Origin: Tubulanus polymorphus
Lineage: Eukaryota; Animalia; Nemertea
Length of the DNA stretch: 64,000 nt
Direction of reading: 5' to 3'
NCBI RefSeq assembly: GCF_964204645.1
Contig: NC_134031.1
Location: forward strand, 17,843,807 to 17,907,806
The translations under genes and the position numbers were made by a program. The first letter of the stretch is position 1, and the number at the start of each line of letters is the position of its first letter. The notes beneath the pieces are model-generated. The model ran no database searches. It had not been told where the DNA came from and saw only the letters and a program-made list of their open reading frames with translations. Positions 53,101-64,000 of this stretch are shown here, piece by piece.

Positions 53101-53976
53101 TTTGACGTAGGTCTTTGATTCCGTCAAAGTCTGGAAATTGTAGTACATCGTTTTCGAGCTATTTCGCGCGCTTATTTCGAAGCTACAGTTAAAACCCGGT
53201 CGGGAAAAGCTCTCGTCCGTCGCGAAAAGCAACGTCATATCGACATCCCGAGCTGACTGCTTTAAATATCCGCTCAATCGGCCACAGAATTTACCGTGTT
53301 CTTTCTTGCCCGTGTATACGGTCAAAGAATCGGCGGCACAGCCTTCCGACTGTTCCAGATCAAAGTCAAGACAGTAAAATACGATATCGAAAGTCGTAAG
53401 TCGACTGCCAATTGTATATTTGGCGCTGATTAAAGTCGGATAGGTGTAATAAGCGTAAAACGGTGTATTTACGAAAACGAACGTTTCACGGATCATATAT
53501 TCCGATAATTCATAATCCCGCAAAGAAAACGAACATTTGTAACGATTAGCGAATAGAACAACCGTTCCTGGCGCTTCTTTGTCTCTCGGTAAACTCAAAC
53601 CGAACTCTTCGTCGTAGCCTTTTTCTAAGCAAAATCGTTTTCTCTTCCCGTCCAATTCGACTAATATTTTCGTGGGTCGAGTAACTCTAACGCGTCCGTT
53701 ATTAGTGGTTATATCGACGATTTCGAGTGTATAATTACAGTTTATACACCCGTCACTGCTCAGGTAAGTCAGTTCTAGGTTTGTTTCGCCGTAGCGCACG
53801 GTGTAAACGACATGTTTCTTGGAGTTATTACTCCAAGGTCGATCCAAGCGAAGAATTCCGTTCTCAGTGGGTTCAACGTGCACAAAGTTCACCGACGTCG
53901 AGTTCGCACTTAAAGTTCGTATCATCCTCACCATCGTCATCATTATCATTAAGATTTGCACGAATGACAAATACAT
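47185..53976 (-). CDS. GRL101-like LRR GPCR with CUB, two C-type lectin, ~6 LDLa and LRR domains, ~1860 aa; exons ~53976-51760, 51208-50978, 50325-47185
   Basis: Signal-like N-terminus; CUB (DFDLEQSEGCAADSLTV...GKFCG...FATDES); a CTLD spliced across exons (CPSGF...TWDVAAQKC...FIGLHDKYQ|INDFQWLDG); LDLa (CDGERNCRDGSDE); LRRs; hinge FSSCKNLL; 7TM with DRV, TDFFCWVP, PINSALNPILF. Both introns are phase 0. The start codon is uncertain (54021 or 53976). Confidence 0.88.
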
Positions 53977-56480
53977 ATTTTTTTTAAAATTTATCCGTAT
54001 TACCAGAAAATATAAGTTCATCCATAGAAGAAAGCTCTTTTAGATATATTACTTCGCGATTTTTGACGATTTGTCTTGAGGACTTAACAAAGACTTGTTG
54101 AAAAACGAATCCCTTTATGGTAACAATGCCAGCGGTGAAAATGCCAAGTGGATATAAGCAGAGAACTTGATAATTCACTAACATTGGACATGATATTTCT
54201 AATTACATGATATTACTATTTCTATCTACACTAAATGATTTACAGGCATTGCTTATCCTTTATGATGATGGATATTGTGTCCGATTACAGTTAATAAATG
54301 AGACAATTTCGAATAATGTAAAATCTATAATCAAATTGATAGTGTTTGACGCGCTTGTCTGTTGTAATCAATCGAATCAAACGTTTTGTTGAAGTTCTTT
54401 TTTATTGTTACGAAAAATATCAATTTACTAGATTTTACATATATAGAAAGACCATCAGCTTGCTACCGTTAATTAGATTAAATCAAAACAATTTTAGTTC
54501 TGCTATAAATATATATGGTACCTATATTTTCCGATATACTGATACCAATCTATCATCAATTCTCTGCATGTCTCCTACTGTTATTTTTGCCTCTGGTATT
54601 TCTTACCTTCCGTTATTGTTATCGCGTAGTTCGAAAAAACCAAAAAACCAGCCCTCGATACAACCTGATCGTATTCGATTTAATTGATGATATGAAATAA
54701 ATTGTTATTGAATCATCGATATTCGGCAAAACAAAACACAAAAACCCGCGAAGATTGACACCTGTTTTATGCGTCGGACAGCAGCGAAACTTATGTGTCC
54801 AGAACAAAATACATCCGCTGATCTACTGAGACTTTACTGAAAACGAATTCATCTATAATAGATATTTGTTTAAGAGAACGATCTGTTAATTGAAAAATAT
54901 CAACAACGTTTTATGTGTGCATATATCGGAAGATAAAAGCTGCGAGCGTTATTTACTTTTAAATGCGATGTGAAAAAAGACGTACGTTTCATTTCGATGG
55001 TGCGCGGTCTGCGCGGTTCGTGTCCTCCGAGGCATGTAGCCAGAAATCGGTATCGCCTTCAGAATAATGACTTCTGAAAGAGGCCATTAAAACTAGATGG
55101 AAATCAAACATAAACTATAAGCTAAACATAATTTCGACAAACGCTGAATAGAAATTTACGAAGCGAAAAACTACGTAAATCGAAATTTGAAATTTACATT
55201 TATATTTGAAATTAATATTTGCATCCGTAGATGATGTTGAATTCATCGGGAATTGAGGTGCATCGAAACCTCGTTTATTCAGTTGGATTTTGAAATTCGG
55301 TCGCATTTATTTCGGAAGAGACCAACAAATATGACACAAACTCTGCTGGTGTGCGGACATCTAACTACGAACTTACTCGTGGAATATTGTTTGAATGAAC
55401 CGAAAACTTCCAATTATGTACTTTGATACAAACAATTCTCTAAATTCCGCCGATAACTCAACGATATCTGTACTACGATTACCGAACACCCTGCTTCGTT
55501 CTCGGCGGGTGTGGCCGATAGTAAGGGATTCTAAGGGGTGTAACTAAAACTATGCACTACTAAAACGAAGACCGAAGACCTATGCACTTTGCGAGACTAA
55601 AACTATGCATGACTAAAACAAAGACCGAAGACCTATGATGCACTTTTTTTCTGATTGCATCTGTTTCATTTTTCTCTGCTGCAACAATTGGAAACGGAGA
55701 CGCCTAGAAAAATTTGATAATTTCGTATCATCGGCTGTTACTATTTCATGATTTGAGATACAATTTAGAACTTTTGACAGAGCATTTTGGTAATATTGCA
55801 ACCGTAAAGATATCTGAAAGCGAGTTCATCAGTGCGCACGAGTGCAGGAGATCGAAACAACAAATTCGATAATTCATTATTGTATATGATAGTTCATAGT
55901 TTATTATTACACATCACACCAACAAGTCAACATTAGTTTGTACGTGAATCCCATATTGCTGTTGTGCCAATGTTAAATCATTCGCCATAATCATTATTCA
56001 TTACGTTTCCCATCAACGATTTTCTCAGAAAAAAAAACATGATCGAATAACTATACGCGGAAGCTACCACGTTTAAAAATAACACATTTTAAACGACACA
56101 TTCGAAAATAAAAGATGGCGAATGAACATATCACGGGATTTAACAAAAAGAAATCACTAAAAAATGATAATATCGCTCAAAAATTGTGGCAATATCGGAT
56201 TCAGAAGATCATACTGGATTTTTTTGAAAAATATATCAAGATTTTCCTATGACAATTTTCACAATTCGCACATACCCATCAAACAATTCAAATACCGGTT
56301 GGTTCCACTTGTACAAACTCTCATTACAAAAACTCTTCGAAACCTTCGATCGTTATCGTTATCTGATGACTGACTGTTCGAGAACTGATATTTGGTAGTG
56401 ACCCCGGTCTGATTATAAACGAATCCCCCACATACTCAGCTGATCTACCTGGGCACTTTGATCCAGAATCTACCATTCAT

Positions 56481-57389
56481 CCTGAGCTGGGCAAAACCCA
56501 GGATCCATATTCATACACTGGTTCCTGAGCTGGGCAGTGCCAGGATCTATATTCACACACTGGTTCCTGAGCTGGGCAGTGCCCAGGACCCATATTCACA
56601 CACTTAGATACTGCGCTGGGCAGTGCCCAGGACCCATATTCATACACTGGTTCCTGAGCTGGTCAGTGCCCAGGACCCATATTCACACACTTAGATCCTG
56701 AGCTGGGCAGTGCCCAGGACCCATATTCACACACTTAGATCCTGAGCTGGGCAGTGCCCAGGACCCATATTCACACACTGGTTCCTGAGCTGGGCAGTGC
56801 CCAGGACCCATATTCACATACTGGTTCCTGAGCTGGGCAGTGCCCAGGACCCATATTCATACACTGGTTCCTGAGCTGGTCAGTGCCCAGGACCCATATT
56901 CACACACTTAGATCCTGTGCTGGGCAGTGCCCAGGACCCATATTCGTACACTGGCTCCTGAGCTGGGCAGGACCCATATTCACACACTTAGATCTTGCGC
57001 TGGGCAGTGCCCAGGATCTATATTCATACACTGGTTCCTGAGCTGGGCAGGACCCATATTCACACACTTAGATCTTGCGCTGGTCAGTGCCCAGGATCCA
57101 TATTCATACACTGGCTCCTGAGCTGGGCAGTGCCCAGGATCTATATTCATACACTGGCTCCTGAGCTGGGCAGTGCCCAGGATCCATATTCATACACTGG
57201 TTCCTGAGCTGGGCAGTGCCCAGGATCCATATTCATACACTTAGATCCTGCGCTGGGCAGTGCCCAGGATCCATATTCATACACTGGTTCCTGAGCTGGG
57301 CAGTGCCCAGGATCCATATTCATACACTGGTTCCTGAGCTGGGCAGTGCCCAGGATCTATATTCATACACTGGTTCCTGAGCTGGGCAG
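56481..57389. repeat. 43/44-bp minisatellite, ~21 copies, each with an internal palindrome
   Basis: Unit CTGAGCTGGGCAGTGCCCAGGA(C/T)CCATATTCA(C/T)ACAC(TGGTTC/TTAGATC). Confidence 0.95.
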
Positions 57390-58286
57390 CACCCTGTCAC
57401 ATTCACGAATTCTTACACTCCCGCATTGCGCATATGCCACATTTGAATGCAGCGACGCATTATATAGATATACGGATACAGATTTTAACTTTGGAGGTTG
57501 TTTTGTTAATTTGAATAGACTTGACGATCGAACAGACCGGGGTCACTACGAACAGAACATTCACGTCATCAAAAACTCTTAAACAAACTGACACACGTAA
57601 ATTCCTCAGTTTCATCAGTACCATTCCTCAGTTTCATCAGTAGAAAATCGAATTGAGGCCCCAATTCGACTCTACAGAAACTGGTTACATTCCAAACTTG
57701 TTTCCCTCCGCTCAAATAACGAGTCCAAAGAGAGAATTCACATCCATTTAACACGTTGACATTTCCGTTCGCTTTCACGCTCATCTCCGCCGCTCTTTCA
57801 GTGTCAACTCGACGACTCAACTCACTCGTAGTCATACTGCACAAAATCATCCAGCATCATTACAATCCTATTGCTCAACTCACGCAGGCCCTCGTGGGTT
57901 TGGAGTCCAGATTTGTAAATTAAGCTGGAAATATCTAATCATTCCGCGAATGAAAGATCATTCCTTCGCTGCACAAGGCTAGTCCGGGAATATAACTTTC
58001 ATATCGCCGCAAATTCTTCCTATCTTCCCGGTTTCTTACATCGCTGTTCGGAAAACTTCATTCTCGGCTTTTCGGCAAATTTCGGTCGGGTCGAAGATCC
58101 AATATGACATATATAAATTAGGTGTAGAAAATTTCGTAAGATTTCAACAAAAAAAATGTTTAATGTGTTGACTTGTTGGTGTGATCTTTGATCGGCTGTA
58201 ATTGAAGTTGAGAATTCGTATCATTTTGAAAACACTATCACCATTAAAGCACGAGAAAATTGAATTCTAAAAACTTACATAGCGAT

Positions 58287-58805
58287 TTAGGTGACGCCTC
58301 GCTTGGCCTTCGATTTCTTGCGGCGGCCATTCTTCTTTTCCTTTTCCTTCTTCGCTTTTTCTTTCATAGCCTCGGTGTAGCTCTTATCGAAGATCAATGG
58401 GATCAAAGCGGCAGGTTTAGCGACTGGTTTTGGTGGAGTGATTGGTCGCGCAATTATTTCGTCGTCGTCATAAATTGGTGAGACGTTCACACGAGATTTT
58501 CTACCCCAGATCAAGTCATTGTCCGATTGCTTTTTCTTCATTCGTGCATCAATTTGTGGCAGTCTAATGTCTCCGGTGCAATCTGTAATATTGATATGTC
58601 ATACAGTCGTTGCGTTATCTATTACACGTGAGCTGATATTGTCTGTAATTTGATACATACCAGTTGGCGAAATAGTCGTGAGGCTTCTGCGCTTGCCGTT
58701 ACCGATATCCGGGAAAAGTTTTGGCTGCTTCCACGCGGGATCTTTGAAAATACCGTTTTTGCATCGCATCGCGAAAAGCGATTCATGTTTTAATTTCGAA
58801 GCCAT
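58287..58805 (-). CDS. Uncharacterised basic 146-aa protein; exons 58805-58661 and 58582-58287; probable non-coding exon ending at 59383
   Basis: A phase-1 GT-AG intron joins two track ORFs in frame (MASKLKHES...SPT-D-CTGDIRLPQIDARMKKK...KRGVT*). An acceptor lies just upstream of the ATG. No family was recognised. Confidence 0.55.
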
Positions 58806-59558
58806 TGCGAACGAATTGCAGTCAATATTTTCGTTACTCTTATTTTTCTCTACAATCAATGAGAAATGATAGAAGAACATCCAAATCCTTAAGACTATGT
58901 GACTAATACGATTTTTTTTCAAGAATATTTCCACAATAAATGCTGATAGTTATCTATTTCAGTGTTAATCAGTATGATAATAATTCGTGTTTATTTCCTT
59001 CTATCAATCATAATTGTGTACTCCAAAAATATAGAATAAATTCGTATAATTTGCATAATATCGTTGACAACATTGACTAACTGGAAAATCTTTAAGAAGC
59101 TATTTTGGATAAGAATATTCTAAGAAAGTTCAGATGTTTGGGTGAGTGCTTGAGACTCAACTTCCACAAGACTGTGCCAGCGTTCCCATCACGGCCCGAA
59201 CCCCAAATGTTTTAAACCCCAATTGCAATGTAGACGTCCCGATGCTTCATACTTTTTTTGAAACGACATAACCATCATTACACTTTATCAATAACTAAAA
59301 GAGCTTTTTCATTACGCAAAGTAATCATTCGCATATCAGTTTAAGGTCAAAGTCTCGGTTCAGAATCATCGCCAATACTCACTCGCAATACTCGGTAATT
59401 GACGACTCGGAGGTCGGTCACCGTTGGGGTTCTGTCCCCAGTTCCAATCCATGATTAATTTATCAACTTATAACGTCAGATGCAATTGTATCTACGTCGA
59501 TTTAGTGGAAATAGAACCACGAAGTTGGGCTCAGTAGTCTTTTTTCGGTGATGGAAAC

Positions 59559-59584
59559 GTTGCTAGGTAACGTATCTATGCAAC
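59559..59584. promoter_or_regulatory. Tandem RFX X-box-like motifs
   Basis: GTTGCTAGGTAAC is immediately followed by GTATCTATGCAAC, with TGACGTAG nearby. Confidence 0.5.
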
Positions 59585-60142
59585 TTACATCGTGACGTAG
59601 GCTGGCATGACTTCCACTGGTCAGTGGGTCTCGGCAATTTATTATCTCACTTCATGAATCCGTTGCTATGAAGCCATATATATCTTGGAAAAGCACATTG
59701 TAAAAATGAAGGAGTCTCTTTATTGATATACATATTGCGCGGGGATATTTGTCATGAAATTGTTACTGGGGTGGATGAAGAGTTTCTTCGAAAACTTTAT
59801 TTGGCAGATTCGGCCATGCTAGCATCACAGACCCGAGGAATTTACGAGGGGTCACGGGCTCTCCACTCAGAATTTCTTTTAGAAGTTTAGGGAAAATGTC
59901 AGGCTTTTCTGGTCTTTTCAGTGTTCAGGGGGAAGGGAGGAGGTACTAAAATCTACATTCAAATGGGTCACTTGGCACAAAACCGATCAAAATTTTTAAT
60001 TCTAATTCCCTTATGTTGCATACGAAATGTTTTGAAGATCCTCGACGTTAATTCAGATGATGGGATTTTTTACCGCAACTCGAAAATCGTGTAATAGACC
60101 ACGTATTGTTCCTAGTTTCTAGTATAGACTTACCTCGGATGT

Positions 60143-60209
60143 CTGATTTGAAAATCTTGGAATTTGTAGTACAATTATTGTACTAGAAATTCCAAGATTT
60201 TCAAATCAG
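60143..60209. repeat. 67-bp near-perfect palindrome
   Basis: 33-bp arms around a single T, with one mismatch. Confidence 0.9.
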
Positions 60210-61718
60210 GGAAATATTTACGGTTTCGAACACCCGAAGTTACCAGTTTCGTTCCCGGCAGGTGTGATGGGCTCGTAAGGGACACCAAATCAACGAAATC
60301 TACCAACTTATAAAATAAAATAATAAAAACAGGGACAATCGCTATTTTAAGATCAACAAGATTTAAACACGGACTCTTCGTTTTCGAGTCCATGGTCCAA
60401 ACGACTGATTCCTGGTGCCCTGGATTTCGTTTTGTAGCGAAGTTCCACTCGGAATTATCAACAAGACTTGGGTCCATTCAAATCGACTGCTGGAATCCGA
60501 GAAAATCCTCAGCAAACGAAGAAACAAGTAATTTTCAATATAAACAGTAACCAAATAATGTTTAATACTCAGTAAGCTGACAAACCTCATCAATTACATA
60601 CATATATTAACTGCATAGAGTGATATCAATTCTGAATACATCATTTTCAAAGCCCGGCTCAACAAAGCAAGCGATGCAATTCATGTAAACAAGATTCAAG
60701 GCAAACATTTAAAAATTAAAGGTAAGAAGAATTGAAAACATGGCTGTGAAAATGTGACGCGACAGTAAAAGGAGATAAATTCACATTTACATGAACTACT
60801 TATTTATTGTATTGGCAGTGTCTATTAATGAAAAGAAAATATTACAATTTTTATTTAATTAAGAAAACGTATTTTTATCATGAGCTCATTGATAGAATTG
60901 ATTATGTAAATAAAAGGTAAAATAATTGAGATTTGACAGAAGTCTTGTTAAATTGATTAATAATGATCGGTGATACATGGATATCGCGCAGAGTGGGAAT
61001 TCAGAAAAATAAGAATAACTTACTTCTTCTATGGCACATTTGAAAATTGACATACAGTGTAAAATGTACATCATAATTCAACTATATTCGAATCGAAAAA
61101 CGAATGGAAGGAACTTATATTCTTCAGACTATGGGCTTCAAAGTTACCTCAAGCTGTAAATCCTCAACGCGAGTGACATTATCGCTCGAGAAATAATGAG
61201 TAATAACTTGACAAACTTCGAAATGTTCTTGGGGATTATTTTGCCCGCCATTCTATGAACTCAATCCAGGATGATAAGAGTCAGTTTGAACTGAAATTAC
61301 GCTGGAATTTACATTTGAATTACACTGATTAAACAAACAGCGTCCACAATTGAAACTGTGGACGATGAGAATGAAATTGATGAATGAGAAAGAACACATT
61401 AAAACAACTTAAACAATGCAGCTCATATCACCGCAGCGCTATATATTACCGATTAAAATTTGCACATAATCAGCTATTTTTCCGTCGTACCCACACCGCT
61501 ACTAGCCATACCATAATACACTCAGCTTATTATAATAATCAACAGCAAACACGTATCGAGGTTAATACATTTACTATAGTTGAAGAAAAGAAATTCAGAT
61601 TTTCCCGTCGTCGCCACCGCTGATATTTCACATTACAACTCATCGATTCAATACAATAAAAATATATCCAGGCGAAACTGGTGTGTTTTTCTGACGAATC
61701 TTTCGTCGCAGTTTTTCG

Positions 61719-63870
61719 TTACTTCTTCGGCTGATGAAGCGGGAGGCCTATATCCTTTCCCCTCAGCTTTATCCCTGAAATGCAGACATTTCGAAATCGT
61801 ACAAAAATGATGACATTCGGTTCCGATATACGGTCAGCCCCCGATATACCTCCCACGTCGGAGCAGAATGATTTTGGCGGTATAGACAGTATGGCGGTAT
61901 ATCAGGGGTGTTTTAATATGTATTTGTATAGTGATATACTTTGAGAAAACCTGGGTCAACTTCGGTTATCGCACTATAGTCGAATTAAGTAAAACCGAAT
62001 GTCAGTTAGTCGAAACTATATTCCGGAAATTAAGCACATCCAGTTATTAGTTCCGACCTCTCGTCGACTAGATACGAAAAGCGAATTTGGCCCCTGGCGG
62101 GGTGGTGGTATATCGGGGTTGACTGTAGTATTTTTCCGATTTTGACCGAGACAGTAGACAGCTCTTGCAAAACCAAATCAAACCGATCCAAGGCGAATGA
62201 ACCTGCATCATACCGGTATTTTTCTTATTACCAAGTATATATTGATTTCATTGATTTGATATCATAGATTGATTTGCTTACCGAGCGCACGCTCCAATTT
62301 ACCCATGATCTGAGGATTCGGAATAGCTCTGCCAGCTTCATAATCATTGACCACCTGTGGTTTTTCGTTTATTTTCTACAAAAAAAAAATAGATGAACAA
62401 AAATCTCAATCATCATTTAGTACCCTTAATATCCAGCACGATGGTTATTGCTAAACTGTCAGAATGTCTAAATCTTCGCCCATTTTGGAGTTATAGTAAT
62501 AATAAATAATGAAATCTATTTTTATACCGCTCTCTATAGCGTATTAGAGCGGTTAACATAAAATATTCATACATTACATCATCCTAATACATTTCAATAA
62601 AATGTTTAAAAAAAGCCAGGTTTTCACACCAGACTTAAATTCATCAATATCCGTGCAGCTGCATAAAATGAGTGATTTGGGTGATTTTTAAGAGTTCTTA
62701 GCGAGTTAATCACTGAAATATCTAAATACCATCGAATGTTGGCTTCAACTTAATATTCTGCTACAAATTATTTTCATAAAGGGCATTGACAGTACCCTAT
62801 ATTTTTACAGAAAAGAAGACCCTCTTCTAAAATTTCAGCCAAAATGTTTTGTCTTAATGAAAGTGCCCTTTCAGGTTTCTTCGACGATGTTGTGCCCTTT
62901 ACGATATCAAATTCACATAAATCTAGGGGGCACGCTAAAGTTTGAGGGTCTTATGGAACAGCTTTGCCCCCGAATAATCTCTCTGTGATTAAACCCACTG
63001 TTGATAAATCTTTCTGCGTCATTTTCAATTCGCTGCGTCGTTTTTGAATATGTTTTGCGACTCCCATCGATACGCGATCGTGGTGTAACTCTTCCGTTTC
63101 GCGATCTAACTTGGCCGTATCCTTCGCGGCGGTCGACTGTTTATTTTGAGCCGCTGAAACTGTTTCGAAAAGAAAACATCATTATAGAAAGTTATTACAA
63201 CGACGGCGCAGGGGCAAATTTATCTCTTCGGTAGAACGTGTGCTTTTCTTAGCATTCAAGCGATAAACAACTGCTTACATTTCTTGTCAGTTTTAATTTC
63301 GGCGCCAGATCTTTGTGCTGCATTTATTGCCTGAAAATAAAAAACAGATCACTGATTTTTGAGGCTAATCTCCTGTGTTTTACTTTGTTTTGTTACAACA
63401 GACACTGAGACAGGTGTGGTGGGTTAGTACTGTGAAGGAGAATTAATCAAGAGATCCAGACTGAAAGTGGCATAACGAAGCCTGGCACTGGCAGTGAAGG
63501 ATTCCTGACCTAGGGAAGGGTAGTCTAGTACCTAGCCATTGTTCCTGAAACACAGAACCGTAACAACGACTGGTATTCAGACTAAGGGAAGGGTTAAGTT
63601 ACCACAACACTGACTCTGTTAAAAAACTAATTAAATTTGATTCAATAACTAATGAAATTGCAGAATGTTTATTCTATTAACGCAAAATTGACAACAGATA
63701 GGCTATTGACGTTCCTAGAAATAATTTGCGTGCAAAAACTTGTCTCTGTCTCTGAACTGAACGTTCTTTGCACAGATTAAAATGTTGCGAACCCTTTGAG
63801 ATTTCAATGCCGTAGATTTCGGAGCCTTTTTGCGTAAATACGTGACATCGTCCCAGCCAACTTCAGCCAT
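61719..63870 (-). CDS. EDF1: Endothelial differentiation-related factor 1 / MBF1, 146 aa; exons 63870-63793, 63330-63279, 63159-62999, 62375-62282, 61774-61719
   Basis: Spliced translation: [15 protein letters not shown]...AINAAQRSG...QNKQ...[16 protein letters not shown]...[27 protein letters not shown]...[15 protein letters not shown]. Phases 0, 1, 0, 1 are consistent. Confidence 0.95.
61829..62128. mobile_element. Tc1/mariner-like MITE in the last EDF1 intron
   Basis: TA|CGGTCAGCCCCCGATATACC ... GGTATATCGGGGTTGACTG|TA. Confidence 0.6.
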
Positions 63871-64000
63871 CGTCGAGTGCGGTGTAGTTTATTCTAGGTG
63901 ACAACAAATAGCAAACAGCTAGAGATTTTCTGGCGAGTCGTGGTGCGTAGATTTATTACAGCTTTGCGAAACTTGACGCAATAGCAATAGCAATTCAATT

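Noticed and set aside
56481-57389. Palindromic repeat array as CRISPR, and its ORFs (56927, 56995, 57346)
   Set aside because: The intervening sequence is also repeated, so there are no unique spacers. The ORFs are repeat translations.
63001-63234. 77-aa + strand ORF
   Set aside because: It is antisense to EDF1 exon 3, which is the real coding frame.

Overview
Gene-dense, AT-rich, intron-containing animal DNA, not prokaryotic. It is an invertebrate; the GRL101-type receptor is consistent with a spiralian, but the species cannot be determined. Nine protein-coding genes were assembled by hand from splice sites and reading-frame phase, in order: a 4-exon THAP zinc-finger gene (-), apparently nested in an intron of GLCE; the last two coding exons of heparan-sulfate C5-epimerase GLCE (+); an 11-exon SLC2A/GLUT sugar transporter (+) with a probable alternative first exon on a GC donor; a 4-exon gene (+) for a membrane-anchored member of the mostly bacterial YqcI/YcgG (DcsA/GntA-like heme N-hydroxylase) family; a Ro60/TROVE2 gene with an intronless CDS (+), preceded by a G.U-rich hairpin; a 23-coding-exon KIF14 kinesin (+); a ~1860-aa GRL101-like GPCR with CUB, C-type lectin, LDLa and LRR domains (-); a 146-aa orphan with X-box motifs upstream (-); and EDF1/MBF1 (-), which is absent from the ORF track. 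Non-coding DNA holds many MITE-like elements, two minisatellites and microsatellites. The most promising leads are the spliced animal YqcI/YcgG protein, the hairpin upstream of Ro60, and the THAP protein with exon-duplicated TQ (LC8-type) motifs. All family calls come from remembered motifs, with no database search.
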